This document shows positions 8,154 through 18,446 of a DNA stretch of 64,000 nt, in pieces; within the stretch, counting starts at the first letter, position 1; the number at the start of each line of letters is the position of its first letter. Position numbers and translations under genes: made by a program. The notes beneath the pieces were generated by a model. The model did not search any database. It was not told the DNA's origin and saw nothing but the letters and a program-made list of their open reading frames with translations. Origin of the DNA: an uncultured Sphingomonadaceae bacterium (GTDB lineage: Bacteria > Pseudomonadota > Alphaproteobacteria > Sphingomonadales > Sphingomonadaceae); assembly GCA_947499975.1 (NCBI GenBank), contig CANMQE010000005.1, positions 86,773 to 150,772 of the forward strand, written 5' to 3'.

Positions 8154-10814
8154 ATGTCGAAGTACATCAGCGGCGCGTCCATCGGCGCGCTTGCCATTTC
8201 ACTCGCTACGCCCGCCATGGCGCAGGACGAAGCAGCCCGGCAGGCAACCCCGGCCGCGCAGCAGCGCCAGGGCGGCGTTGGCACCATTATCGTCACCGCG
8301 ACGAAGCGGCAGGAAGATCTGCAGGATGTTGCCGTTTCGGTTCAGGCGCTGGGCGAAGAAGGCCTGCAGGAACTCAACATCGATACGTTCGAGGATTACC
8401 TCGACCAGTTGCCCACGGTGACGGCAGGCGGCAGCGGTCCCGGCCAGAACACCATCTATATCCGCGGCCTTGCCTCCACCACGCCCAACCTCACGACGGC
8501 TGGCGTCGCCGGCCTCGCGCCGAACGTGGCCATGTATCTGGACGAGCAGCCGCTGGCACAGCCGGGCCGTAACCTCGATGTTTACGCTGCCGACCTTGCG
8601 CGTATCGAGGTGCTTTCCGGCCCGCAGGGCACGCTGTTCGGTGCCAGTTCGCAGGCAGGCGTGGTTCGCCTCATCACCAACAAGCCCAGCCTCGCCGGTT
8701 TCGATGCCGGTGCCAACGCCGGGGTTGCCTTTACGCAGGGCGGTGATCCCTCCTACAAGACCGAGGTGATGCTGAACGTCCCGGTGACGAACAACATCGC
8801 CGTGCGCGGCGTTGCCTATCTCGATCAGCAGGGCGGCTATATCGACAACGTAGCCGGCACGCGCAACCTGAGCGAAAGCGCGCGTTTCCGTCCGGCAGGA
8901 ACTGTTCGCTCCAACGGCACCGTCGTCAATTCGCTGCGCGGCGGTTTCCAGGCCGGTGCGGACCTTTCCGACGTCACCTTCCTGGATGCCGAGAACAACG
9001 CCGTTGTCGAGGACAAGTTCAACGACACGACCTATGCCGGCTTCCGCGCCACGGCACTGTGGGAAGTGAATCCTGACTGGACCATCACTCTCGCGCACTC
9101 TCGCCAGAGCCTGGAAAGTGACGGCGTGTTCTTCGCCGATCCCGAACTGGGCGGCCTGGATGATCTGGAAATCCAGCGCTTTGAAAGCGACAGCCTGGAA
9201 GACGATTTCAGCAACACCAGCTGGACGGTCGAAGGGCGTCTTGCCATGCTGGATGTGGTCTACACCGGTGCCTATACCGATCGCGAGACGCAGCAGCGGA
9301 TCGACTATTCAGACTATCTCTTCGTCGGCCAGTACCTGCCCTATTACATCTGCGATGGTTCCGTCAGCTATCCGGGCAGCGCCGATCCCTCCGGCACCTG
9401 CCAGCCGCCGAACCTTTATGTGACGTCGGACAGCGAAACCACCGTGTTCACGCAGGAACTGCGCTTCAGTACGCCTGACGACTGGCGCATCCGTGCCACG
9501 GCCGGTGGCTTCTATTCCGATCTGGAACTGAAGGAGCGCAACGACTTCAACTATCCCGGCAATATTCGTGCGGCTCCGTTCGGCGGCTTCGCGCCGAACT
9601 TCCCGCAGGCCGGCTTCAACAGCGATCCGGGTCCGTTCCCCGAAGCCACGATCTTCCGTAACGACATTCGCCGTACGGACGAACAGATCGGCATCTTCGG
9701 TGAAGCCAGCTTCGACATCGTGCCTGATTTGCTGACGATCACGCTGGGTGCGCGCTATTACGATATCGAGGTGGATATCGAAGGCAGTGCCAACGGCTCG
9801 TTCTGTAATGCGGGCGCGGCGCAGGATGCCAACGCCTTCGGCACCGACCTGAACGATCTTTACGATGGCGATGGGGAATTCACCTTCATCGGCAGCTGTA
9901 ATGCAGACCTGCGCCAGACGTTCGATCTGGACGACAGCCTGCAGGACATCCAGGATGCGGGCCTCAGCGCGTCGCAGGCGCAGCAGGTGTTCAACGCCGT
10001 GCGTGCCCCCGATGTCGCTGCCACGGATGGCTTCATCTACAAGGGTTCGCTGCAGGTCACGCCGACGCCCGATACGCTGATCTACGCCACCTATTCGGAA
10101 GGTTTCCGTCCCGGCCTGCTCAACCGTCCCGGCGGCGCGTCGAACGGTGCGGGCTTCACCGTCCCGTTCGAACTGGAAACCGACGAGGTGCAGAACTACG
10201 AACTGGGCTGGAAGCTGGATCTCGTCGATGGGCAGGTGCGCTTCAACGGCAGCGCCTTCTACGTCGATATCAGCAATCTGCAGACGACGATCTTCGATCC
10301 CAGCATTGCCAACCTGTTCTTCTCGGACAATGCGGCCAATGCAGAGATCCGCGGCGTCGAGGCTGATTTCACCGTGGCGCCCTATGCACTGCCGGGCTTC
10401 ACCTTCGCCGGTGCCTTCTCGCTCCTCGATACCGAGATCACCGAGGTGCTGACGCCGACGGACGACGTGCTGGTAGGCGAACCGCTTGCCTTTGCTCCGG
10501 AATTCCAGGGTAATGCGCGCATCCGCTACGAATTCGATCTGTCGAGGACGCTGGAAGGCTACATCCAGCCGCAGGTCACCTACTCGTCGTCGAAGTTCAC
10601 CGACATTATCGAGATCAACAAGCTCAAGCTCGACAGCTACACCGTGGTCGATCTTGCCGCCGGCGTCGTTGCCGATCAGTGGCGCTTCGAGATCTATGGC
10701 GAGAACCTGACGGACAAGCGTGCGCAGATCTCGGGCAATTACGTGAACGATCGCGAGCGTATTTCCGTGAACCGTCCGCGTACCGTGGGTGTTCGGGTCA
10801 CCTACGATTATTGA
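8154..10814 (+). CDS. TonB-dependent receptor
   Basis: Signal peptide ending PAMAQ, plug region IIVTATKRQEDLQDVAVSVQAL and TIYIRGL, a long beta-barrel, and a C-terminal aromatic residue (VRVTYDY). Confidence 0.9.
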   Translation: MSKYISGASIGALAISLATPAMAQDEAARQATPAAQQRQGGVGTIIVTATKRQEDLQDVAVSVQALGEEGLQELNIDTFEDYLDQLPTVTAGGSGPGQNTIYIRGLASTTPNLTTAGVAGLAPNVAMYLDEQPLAQPGRNLDVYAADLARIEVLSGPQGTLFGASSQAGVVRLITNKPSLAGFDAGANAGVAFTQGGDPSYKTEVMLNVPVTNNIAVRGVAYLDQQGGYIDNVAGTRNLSESARFRPAGTVRSNGTVVNSLRGGFQAGADLSDVTFLDAENNAVVEDKFNDTTYAGFRATALWEVNPDWTITLAHSRQSLESDGVFFADPELGGLDDLEIQRFESDSLEDDFSNTSWTVEGRLAMLDVVYTGAYTDRETQQRIDYSDYLFVGQYLPYYICDGSVSYPGSADPSGTCQPPNLYVTSDSETTVFTQELRFSTPDDWRIRATAGGFYSDLELKERNDFNYPGNIRAAPFGGFAPNFPQAGFNSDPGPFPEATIFRNDIRRTDEQIGIFGEASFDIVPDLLTITLGARYYDIEVDIEGSANGSFCNAGAAQDANAFGTDLNDLYDGDGEFTFIGSCNADLRQTFDLDDSLQDIQDAGLSASQAQQVFNAVRAPDVAATDGFIYKGSLQVTPTPDTLIYATYSEGFRPGLLNRPGGASNGAGFTVPFELETDEVQNYELGWKLDLVDGQVRFNGSAFYVDISNLQTTIFDPSIANLFFSDNAANAEIRGVEADFTVAPYALPGFTFAGAFSLLDTEITEVLTPTDDVLVGEPLAFAPEFQGNARIRYEFDLSRTLEGYIQPQVTYSSSKFTDIIEINKLKLDSYTVVDLAAGVVADQWRFEIYGENLTDKRAQISGNYVNDRERISVNRPRTVGVRVTYDY

Positions 10815-10840
10815 TCGCTTTTACGCGTGAAATGCAAAAG

Positions 10841-10877
10841 GCGGGGGCGAACCATCGGTTCGCTCCCGCTTTTTTTG
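10841..10877 (+). terminator. rho-independent terminator after the TBDR
   Basis: GCGGGGGCGAACC-atcg-GGTTCGCTCCCGC followed by a TTTTTTT run. Confidence 0.8.
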
Positions 10878-10910
10878 TAGCAACCGGCCTCCTTTGTTAG
10901 AGGTGCGCGC

Positions 10911-12863
10911 ATGGACAACCGTGACGAGACACTCAGCCACGCGCAAAAGGCGCTGCAATCCGGCGATTTCACGCGAGGCCTGGCATTGGCGCAGCAGGTG
11001 CTGGAGAGCGAGCCTGGCGATGGAGAGGCGCTGTACATGGCTGCCGTGTCGCTGCGCTACCTCTCTCGCCACGAAGAAGCGGGCCTGATGCTGGCCCGCC
11101 TTCACTCGGCCATGCCGGAATATGGCCGCGCGTGGCAGGAGGCGGGGCACCTCGCCCGCGCGAAGGGGGACACGGCAGAGGCGATCGCGTCCTATAACCG
11201 GGCCACGCGATTCAATCCTGCGCTGGATGCCAGCTGGCGCGCTTTGGCAGAATTGCAGAGCGGCCCTGCGGCCAGCAGTGCAGAAGCGCAGGCCCGCCGT
11301 ATCGCCAGCCTGCCGCGCGAACTGGTGGCCGTTACCCATCATCTGCACGAAGGGCGTATCCTGCGCGCCGAGGAAATCTGCCGCCTGTTCCTGCGCGCCA
11401 ATCCCAGGAACGTGGAAGGGATGCGGCTGCTGGCGCAGATCGGCCTCAAGCTGGGGATCCTGGACGATGCGGAATTCCTGCTGGAAAGCGCGCGGGTGTT
11501 CGAGCCCGAAAACGTGCAGGTGCACCTCGACTATATCGACGCGCTGCGCCGCCGCCAGAAGTTCGATTCCGCGCGCGAGGAAGCGGAAAAGCTCTACGAG
11601 ACCGATCCTGCCAATCCGCTGTTCCAGTCGCATCTCGCGATCGAGAGCATGCAGACGGGCAATTATGACCGCGCGTTCGAGCTTTTCGAAAAGGTGCTGG
11701 AAAAGGTCCCCGGTGATCCTGCCACACTCACGAGCAGGGGCCACGCCCTGAAAACCACGGGCGAAACGCAGGACGCTATCGAAAGCTATCGCGCGGCGTT
11801 TGCGCAAAAGCCCGACCACGGCGATGCCTGGTATGCGCTGGCGAACTTGAAGACGTACCGGTTCTCCGACGAGGAGATCGCCCGCATGGAAGAGCAGGCG
11901 GCGCGCCCCGAACTTGCCTTCATGGACCGCGTCCACATTTCCTTCGCGCTGGGCAAGGCGCATGAGGACCGCGAGGATTACGAGGAAAGCTTCGGCCATT
12001 ACGAGAGGGGCAACGCGTTGAAGCGCGCGCAAACCCGCTACGATGCCGATGCCATGTCGGCGGAACTGGCGAAGCAGCGCGAAATCTGCACGCCGGAGCT
12101 GTTTGCCAGGCACGAGGGTGCCGGACACGGAGCGCCCGATCCCATCTTCATCCTTGGCCTGCCGCGTGCAGGCTCCACCCTGCTGGAACAGATCCTTGCC
12201 AGTCACAGCCAGGTGGATGGCACGCTGGAACTCCCCGATATCCTGGCGCTGGCGCATAGGCTGCGGGGCCGAAAGGCGGGGCAATCGCTCTATCCGCAGG
12301 TGCTGCACGATCTCTCGGCAGAGCAGCTGGAGACATTCGGACAGCAATATCTCGAGAACACCGCCATCCACCGGCAGGGCGCGCCGTTCTTCATCGACAA
12401 GATGCCCAACAACTTCCGGCATATCGGCCTTATCCACCTGATACTGCCCAACGCCCGGATCATCGATGCGCGCCGTGCGCCGATGGATTGCTGTTTTTCC
12501 GGGTTCAAGCAGCTTTTTGCCGAGGGGCAGGAATTCACCTACGGCCTCACCGAGATCGGACGGTATTTCGCCGATTACGTCGACCTTATGCAGCATTGGG
12601 ACGATGTGCTGCCGGGCCGGGTGCTGCGCGTTCAGCACGAGGACGTGCTGGACGATCCCGAGGGTCAGATCCGCCGGATGCTGGATTACTGCGGCCTGGA
12701 CTTCGAGGAAGCCTGCCTGAATTTCCACAAGACCAGCCGCGCCGTGCGTACCGCCAGCAGCGAGCAGGTGCGCCAGCCGATCAACCGCGCGGGGCAGGGG
12801 GCGTGGGTGCCTTACGATCCGTGGCTGGGCGATTTGCGCGCTGCGCTGGGATTTCCCGCCTAG
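10911..12863 (+). CDS. TPR-repeat protein with C-terminal sulfotransferase domain
   Basis: The N-terminal ~400 aa has TPR-like repeats. The C-terminal part has the PAPS-binding-type motif FILGLPRAGSTLLEQIL and IIDARRAPMDCCFSGF. Confidence 0.8.
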   Translation: MDNRDETLSHAQKALQSGDFTRGLALAQQVLESEPGDGEALYMAAVSLRYLSRHEEAGLMLARLHSAMPEYGRAWQEAGHLARAKGDTAEAIASYNRATRFNPALDASWRALAELQSGPAASSAEAQARRIASLPRELVAVTHHLHEGRILRAEEICRLFLRANPRNVEGMRLLAQIGLKLGILDDAEFLLESARVFEPENVQVHLDYIDALRRRQKFDSAREEAEKLYETDPANPLFQSHLAIESMQTGNYDRAFELFEKVLEKVPGDPATLTSRGHALKTTGETQDAIESYRAAFAQKPDHGDAWYALANLKTYRFSDEEIARMEEQAARPELAFMDRVHISFALGKAHEDREDYEESFGHYERGNALKRAQTRYDADAMSAELAKQREICTPELFARHEGAGHGAPDPIFILGLPRAGSTLLEQILASHSQVDGTLELPDILALAHRLRGRKAGQSLYPQVLHDLSAEQLETFGQQYLENTAIHRQGAPFFIDKMPNNFRHIGLIHLILPNARIIDARRAPMDCCFSGFKQLFAEGQEFTYGLTEIGRYFADYVDLMQHWDDVLPGRVLRVQHEDVLDDPEGQIRRMLDYCGLDFEEACLNFHKTSRAVRTASSEQVRQPINRAGQGAWVPYDPWLGDLRAALGFPA

Positions 12864-13204
12864 GCCATCCGCGCGCCGTTTGGCACCGCCATGCCGTCAT
12901 CCGGCGCTGCCAGCACGATGGCGCCGTCTTTATCGGGAAAGCCCAGCACCAGCACCTCGGACATGAACGGCCCGATCTGGCGCGGGGGGAAGTTGACAAC
13001 GGCCATGACTCGCCTGCCGACGAGGCTTTCGGGCGTATAATGGTCGGTAATCTGGGCGGAGGTTTTCTTCACCCCGATTTCCGGGCCGAAATCCACCCAA
13101 AGCTTGATCGCCGGCTTTCGCGCTTCTGAAAAAGGCTGGGCGTCCGTTACAGTGCCGCTGCGGATATCCACCGCCATGAAGGTTTCAAAGTCGATCTGCG
13201 TCAT
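12860..13204 (-). CDS. tRNA-binding domain protein (CsaA/YgjH-like)
   Basis: VDIRSGTV, KLWVDFG..KTSAQIT and MAVVNFPPRQIGPFMSEVLVLG are typical of the EMAP/CsaA fold. Confidence 0.75.
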   Translation of the reverse strand: MTQIDFETFMAVDIRSGTVTDAQPFSEARKPAIKLWVDFGPEIGVKKTSAQITDHYTPESLVGRRVMAVVNFPPRQIGPFMSEVLVLGFPDKDGAIVLAAPDDGMAVPNGARMA

Positions 13205-13297
13205 GCGCTGCCATTATTGGCGCGCCGCCCGCGAGTCCACTGTCGGCGAAATGCAACTATGGCGTAGTGCGATCAACACGCCTAGGGGGCGCGAATC

Positions 13298-14512
13298 ATG
13301 ATGGCCTCGTTCAACAATGTGCGCACCTTGCTGGTGGCGATCTTCGTGCTGATGGCGGGCAGCGGTTTTCTCTCCACGCTCATAGCCATCCGGCTGGAGC
13401 AGGGTGGGCAGGGTTCGCTGGTCATCGGACTTGCGGCGACGGCATATTTCGGCGGACTGACGCTGGGCGCGATGCGCGTGTCCCGCCTGATCGCGCGCGT
13501 CGGGCATATCCGCGCCTTCGCGGCCTTCGTTTCCTTCTATTCCGCCAGTTCGCTGACCTACGCGATCATCGATCTGCCCGCTGTATGGGTAGCACTGCGC
13601 TTTGCCGATGGCTTCGTGATGAGCGGCGTGTTCGTGTGCCTGGAAAGCTGGCTGAACCGCGTGGCGCGGCCGGAAAACCGCAGCGGGATCCTGGCCGCCT
13701 ACATGATCTCCCTCTACGCCGGGCAGGCGGTTGGCCAGTTCCTGCTGAACCTGGGAGACAACTATCCGGCCCTGCCGTTCATGGCCTCTGCCGTGCTGCT
13801 GTCGCTATCGGTGCTGCCCGTGGCTCTCACTAAGATCGAGCAGCCGATCATGGAAACGGTCGAGCGTTTCTCCTTGAAGCGACTCTACGAGGCATCGCCG
13901 CTGGGTATCGTCGGCACCGCGTCAACCGGCATGATCCTTGGCGCGTTCTACGCTCTTGGCGCTGTGTATGTGCAGCGCGTGGGCCTGCCGCTGTCACAGA
14001 TCGCTTTGTTCACATCCTGCGTAATCACCGGCGGCGTGGCCCTGCAGTATCCGCTTGGCCGCCTGTCCGACAGGTTCGATCGCCGCCGCGTAATCATCGG
14101 CGTAATGCTGATGACCGCCGTGCTGAGCGCCGGGCTGGCGATGATGCAGCAGCCTGCCGCCATCTTCATCCTCGGCGCGCTGTTCGGCGGCGTGTCCTTC
14201 GCGCTTTACCCGCTCAGTCTCGCCCATTCCAACGACCATCTGGAAGAGGACGAGCGCGTGGGCGCCAGCAGCGGGCTGGTGATGGTGTATTCGGTGGGCG
14301 CAATGGGCGGCCCTATGGTGGGATCGGCGGCCATGGGAATCTTTGGCCCGGTCGGCCTGTTCGCCGTTATCGCAGCGATTTCATTGGCCTCCGCCATGTT
14401 CGGTTTCTGGCGCATGGCCGTCAGCAAGCCGGTGCCAGATGTCGATCAGCAGGATTTCCAGGCCTTGCCCCGTACCATGCCAACCGCTGGCCTGCTGGAA
14501 GACGAAGGCTAG
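13298..14512 (+). CDS. MFS transporter
   Basis: 12 predicted TM helices and an MFS loop motif, GRLSDRFDRRRVI. Confidence 0.75.
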   Translation: MMASFNNVRTLLVAIFVLMAGSGFLSTLIAIRLEQGGQGSLVIGLAATAYFGGLTLGAMRVSRLIARVGHIRAFAAFVSFYSASSLTYAIIDLPAVWVALRFADGFVMSGVFVCLESWLNRVARPENRSGILAAYMISLYAGQAVGQFLLNLGDNYPALPFMASAVLLSLSVLPVALTKIEQPIMETVERFSLKRLYEASPLGIVGTASTGMILGAFYALGAVYVQRVGLPLSQIALFTSCVITGGVALQYPLGRLSDRFDRRRVIIGVMLMTAVLSAGLAMMQQPAAIFILGALFGGVSFALYPLSLAHSNDHLEEDERVGASSGLVMVYSVGAMGGPMVGSAAMGIFGPVGLFAVIAAISLASAMFGFWRMAVSKPVPDVDQQDFQALPRTMPTAGLLEDEG

Positions 14513-15279
14513 AGCGCGCTGCCTTTCAGCCCAAAGGCGTAATCGGCGAAGGGCGCAACGCCCGCCAGCAGCCACAGGGCGGCGTAGAAGGCAGGCACCG
14601 CCACCGCGATCACCTTTATCGCCGGATGCACGCTGCCCCGCGCCCGCGCATCGCGCCAAGCGATGAAGGCCACAATCAGCAATTGCACGCTCATCTCGAT
14701 CAGGGGGATGATCCACTGCTTGGCCGATAGGATGGGAATGGCGGCTTCGGGTCCGTCCAGCGCGGGCACGCTGGCCATGATGGCAAGCCTGCCGATGGCG
14801 GGTTCGGCCACAATGATGATTGCGCCAAGCATCAGCCGCCGGTGCCAGTCCGTACGTTTTCTGAGCACAATGGCAAAGGCCACGAAAGTGGCGAAGAACA
14901 CCGGCTGCACGAAGTTCAGCGCGAGGAAATAGGGCGTGTAGAAAACCGGCGGTGCGCGATTCAGCGCGGTGGTGACGATGCCGGTGTTCCATGCCGTGAT
15001 AACGGCCAAAACGGCCAGCGCCGCGCCGAACCACCCCAGCTTGCGATGCAGCGACAGATCGCGGCCCGCGCCGAGGAAATTCTGCACCACGAACAGCAGC
15101 AGCCACGATCCCATCACGATACCGTGAAGATGGGTGCTGCGTGGCATCAGCCGCACGTCTGTAAGTCCGGCGAGGTTGAACAGCGCAAAGCCTGCCAGCA
15201 CCAGCAAGGCGAGGCCAATCGCGACCTTGCGATAAAACCCGTTTTCCCAGATGAATATCTGCGCTGGCGAAGTGGCCAT
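14509..15279 (-). CDS. polytopic membrane protein, function unknown
   Basis: 256-aa ORF with about 7 hydrophobic helices. No family recognised. Confidence 0.55.
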   Translation of the reverse strand: MATSPAQIFIWENGFYRKVAIGLALLVLAGFALFNLAGLTDVRLMPRSTHLHGIVMGSWLLLFVVQNFLGAGRDLSLHRKLGWFGAALAVLAVITAWNTGIVTTALNRAPPVFYTPYFLALNFVQPVFFATFVAFAIVLRKRTDWHRRLMLGAIIIVAEPAIGRLAIMASVPALDGPEAAIPILSAKQWIIPLIEMSVQLLIVAFIAWRDARARGSVHPAIKVIAVAVPAFYAALWLLAGVAPFADYAFGLKGSAL

Positions 15280-15348
15280 GATAGTGTTCCCCCCGAAACA
15301 ATTTCAGGAGAAGAATAGCTTTTGCAACTATAGTTGCCAAGCCGAGGA

Positions 15349-16080
15349 TTATTCGTTGGCGAACCGTACGTTTACAGTAACATCACCATACCCTGACACC
15401 TGCAGCGGGATCGCAAGGTTCTGCTGCACGGCCCGGCGGGCGGCAGTTCGGGCAAGGCCCATCACTTCTGCATTGCTGGCAAAATCGACGGCCCGCTGCA
15501 TCGCCTGCTGCGAATTGTTGCGGCTGAGCGAGACGGAGGCGTCGCGGCTGACATAAAGGCCATCGGTGAAATAGCGCGCCTGCGCCTCGTTGAGGTTTGG
15601 CGTCGTCACTTCAAGCGGGGGCAGGGTCACGTCGAGATTTTGCGTGGCCTCGTCCCATGCAAAATTGCCGCGATCCATTTCCGACAGGTCGAGGCGATAT
15701 TCCACGGTAGCAGGCACGATCATGGCCTGGCGCGATTGCAACGCGTCCACCTCGAACGGGCCGACGCTGGGCGTGCTGACGCTTTCTGCCACCACGTCGA
15801 AACGGCTGGAGAAAACGGTTAGGGCATTCTGCTCCTCGAACGCGAGCATGGATGTCGCCACGATATCGCCGCGCTCTTCGGGGCCCCATTTCTCCCACGC
15901 CAGCCAGGCAAGGGCGGCCACCAGCAGCAGCACAACGATCCACGGCGCGCCGCCGCGCATGGTGGTGTGGGGGCCGGAGTGGGTGGCATCATGCATGCTG
16001 GCATGCGTGGGCGGGGGGCCTGCTGCGGCCTCGGCCACGTGCACGCGGCTGCCTTCGTCCTGTTTCAGATTGTCTGCCAT
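15349..16080 (-). CDS. DUF4230-like membrane-anchored protein
   Basis: One N-terminal TM (PWIVVLLLVAALAWLAW), then a soluble domain with ATVEYRLDLSEMD. The family name is from memory. Its start overlaps the stop of the upstream MBL gene by 16 nt. Confidence 0.5.
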   Translation of the reverse strand: MADNLKQDEGSRVHVAEAAAGPPPTHASMHDATHSGPHTTMRGGAPWIVVLLLVAALAWLAWEKWGPEERGDIVATSMLAFEEQNALTVFSSRFDVVAESVSTPSVGPFEVDALQSRQAMIVPATVEYRLDLSEMDRGNFAWDEATQNLDVTLPPLEVTTPNLNEAQARYFTDGLYVSRDASVSLSRNNSQQAMQRAVDFASNAEVMGLARTAARRAVQQNLAIPLQVSGYGDVTVNVRFANE

Positions 16081-16937
16081 ACATCTCCAGAACGGCTGAC
16101 CTCGCCGCGCCGTTCCAGCTCCAGCAGGTGCGCCAGCACGCTTTGCCCGGCAGCGGGCCAGAGTCTTTCGTCCACGCCCTTGTACATCACCGGCACCAGA
16201 CTGGCGATGCTGCGCGCTTCCTCGCCCAGCAGGCGCAGGATCTGGCGTTCACGCTGGCGGCGGTGGCCGATCATCCCCCGCACCAGCTGGCGCGGCTTTT
16301 CGACAGCGGGGCCGTGGGCGGGATAATAGATGCGATCCTGCTCCCGCTCGTACAGGCGTGAGAGGCTAGCCATGTAATCGGCCATGTCGCCATCGGGCGG
16401 CACCACCACGCTGGTGGACCAGCCCATCACGTGATCGCCTGTAAACAATGCGCCGCTCTCCTCCAGCGCGAAGCAAAGGTGATTGGAGGTGTGGCCGGGG
16501 GTTGCCACGGCGCGCAAGGTCCACCCCGGTCCGGTCATCGCCTCGCCATCCTCCATCACGCGATCCGGTGCGTAGGTCTGGTCGAACGGTGCATCCACGC
16601 GCGGCGCATCGCTGTGCAGGTGCAGCGGCGCACAGCCCACGATGGGGGCATTCCTGATGGCAGCCAGCGGTGCAGCGGCGGGCGAATGATCGCGGTGTGT
16701 ATGGGTGCACATGATGGCAAGCACGGGCCTGTCGCCGATCGCCAGCGCCAGGTTATCCAGATGCCGCGCATCATCGGGGCCGGGATCGATCACCGCGATG
16801 CCTTCCTCCGTGCCGACCAGATAGGTTTGCGTGCCGGTGTAGGTGAAGGGCGAGGCGTTGGGCGCCAGCAAGCGCTCCACCAGCGGCTCGATCTGCTCGA
16901 CTTCGCCTGTCGGCCAGGGTTGCGGGGGCAAGGACAT
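16065..16937 (-). CDS. MBL-fold metallo-hydrolase with C-terminal winged-helix-like tail
   Basis: ORF 16065..17168 trimmed to ATG 16937 (MSLPPQPW...; alternative 16946). It has CTHTHRDHSPAA (HxHxDH) and ATPGHTSNH. Confidence 0.8.
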   Translation of the reverse strand: MSLPPQPWPTGEVEQIEPLVERLLAPNASPFTYTGTQTYLVGTEEGIAVIDPGPDDARHLDNLALAIGDRPVLAIMCTHTHRDHSPAAAPLAAIRNAPIVGCAPLHLHSDAPRVDAPFDQTYAPDRVMEDGEAMTGPGWTLRAVATPGHTSNHLCFALEESGALFTGDHVMGWSTSVVVPPDGDMADYMASLSRLYEREQDRIYYPAHGPAVEKPRQLVRGMIGHRRQRERQILRLLGEEARSIASLVPVMYKGVDERLWPAAGQSVLAHLLELERRGEVSRSGDVWQTI

Positions 16938-16970
16938 GATGTGCATATGCGGGGCAGAAGAGGAATGCCA

Positions 16971-18446
16971 ATGATTGACCAGTCGATCCTCGTCCTTGAC
17001 GAGGGCACCACCAGCACGCGGGCCATGCTTTTCGCGCAGGACGGAGCCCTTCGCGGGGTGCAGCAGGCGGAACTGACGCAGCACTATCCGCGATCGGGAT
17101 GGGTGGAGCATGACGCGGGGCAGATCTGGGAAAAGACGCTGGCCTGTGCACGCGCCATGGTGGACCATGCAGGCGGCGCGGCGCGCATAGCCGCCATCGG
17201 CATCACCAACCAGCGCGAAACCGTGGTGGCGTGGGACCGCGAGACGGGCGAGCCACTGTCACGCGCGATCGTATGGCAGGACAGACGCACGGCGGATTTC
17301 TGCCGCCGCCTGAAGGATGCAGGGCACGAACCGATGATCCGGGAGCGCACCGGCCTGCTGCTCGACCCTTATTTTTCCGGTACGAAGATGCGCTGGATGC
17401 TGGACAATGTGGAGGGTGTGAAGGCCGCCGCAGATGCCGGCACGCTGGCCTTCGGCACGGTAGAAAGCTGGCTGGTGTGGAAGCTCACCGGCGGCGCGCA
17501 GCACGTCACCGACGCCAGCAACGCCAGCCGCACCATGCTGATGGCGCTGGACGCCAGCGGCTGGGACGGGGAATTGTGCGATCTGCTGGGCGTTCCGGTG
17601 GCAGCCTTGCCGCGCATCACGGATTGCGCGGGTGAACTCGCCAGCACCACGCCCGATCTTCTGGGCGGCGCCATTCCCATCTGCGGCATGGCGGGTGACC
17701 AGCAGGCCGCCACCATCGGGCAGGGATGCCTGTCTCCCGGGGACACGAAGGCCACCTACGGCACCGGCGCATTCATTCTCGCCAACACCGGAATGGGCGT
17801 GCCTTTCTCCGACAATCGACTACTGGGCACGGTACTGGTGCAATTGGCGGGGGAGCGGCACTACGCCATCGAGGGGGCGGTGTTCGTGGCGGGCAGCCTG
17901 ATCAAGTATCTGCGCGATACGCTGGGCCTGATCGAAACCGCCGAGGAGACAGAGGAACTGGCAAGATCCATTCCCGATAGCGGCGGCGTGGTGGTGGTGC
18001 CTGCCCTGTCCGGGCTTGGCGCACCCCACTGGCGGCCCGAGGCGCGCGGCATCATCTCCGGCCTCGGCTTCGACACGGGCCGGGCGCATATCGCGCGCGC
18101 TTCGCTGGAGGCAATGGCCCACCAGACGCGTGACCTTGCCAGCGCCTTTGCCGCCGATGGCGCACGCTGGACGGCGCTGCGTATCGATGGCGGCATGGCG
18201 GTGAATGACTGGATGGCGCAGGATATCGCAAACGTGCTGGGCCTGAAGGTCACACGGCCCGATTTCGTGGAAACCACGGCGCTGGGCGCGGCGATGCTGG
18301 CGGCGGTAGGCTGCGGACTGAAGGCCGATCTGCACGATGCGGCGGACACCATGATTGGCGCGGTGCACGCGTTCGATCCGCAGATGGACGAGGAAAGCCG
18401 CCGTCGCAGGCTGGAAAACTGGGCCGCTGCCGTGGCGAAGGTCTAG
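16971..18446 (+). CDS. glpK: glycerol kinase
   Basis: ORF 16431..18446 trimmed to ATG 16971 (MIDQSILVLDEGTTSTRAMLF...). Motifs: GITNQRETVVAWD, DPYFSGTKMRW and GMAGDQQAA. Confidence 0.9.
   Translation: MIDQSILVLDEGTTSTRAMLFAQDGALRGVQQAELTQHYPRSGWVEHDAGQIWEKTLACARAMVDHAGGAARIAAIGITNQRETVVAWDRETGEPLSRAIVWQDRRTADFCRRLKDAGHEPMIRERTGLLLDPYFSGTKMRWMLDNVEGVKAAADAGTLAFGTVESWLVWKLTGGAQHVTDASNASRTMLMALDASGWDGELCDLLGVPVAALPRITDCAGELASTTPDLLGGAIPICGMAGDQQAATIGQGCLSPGDTKATYGTGAFILANTGMGVPFSDNRLLGTVLVQLAGERHYAIEGAVFVAGSLIKYLRDTLGLIETAEETEELARSIPDSGGVVVVPALSGLGAPHWRPEARGIISGLGFDTGRAHIARASLEAMAHQTRDLASAFAADGARWTALRIDGGMAVNDWMAQDIANVLGLKVTRPDFVETTALGAAMLAAVGCGLKADLHDAADTMIGAVHAFDPQMDEESRRRRLENWAAAVAKV

Noticed and set aside
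10821-12728. 635-aa ORF antisense to the TPR-sulfotransferase gene
   Set aside because: The translation is Arg/Ala/Gly/Leu-rich with no motifs, which is the typical shadow ORF of a high-GC coding region. The sense strand has clear TPR and sulfotransferase motifs.
16431-16970. N-terminal 180-aa extension of the glpK ORF
   Set aside because: The extension lies antisense to the MBL hydrolase gene and lacks similarity to glycerol kinase. The conserved N-terminus MIDQSILVLDEGTTS starts at 16971.
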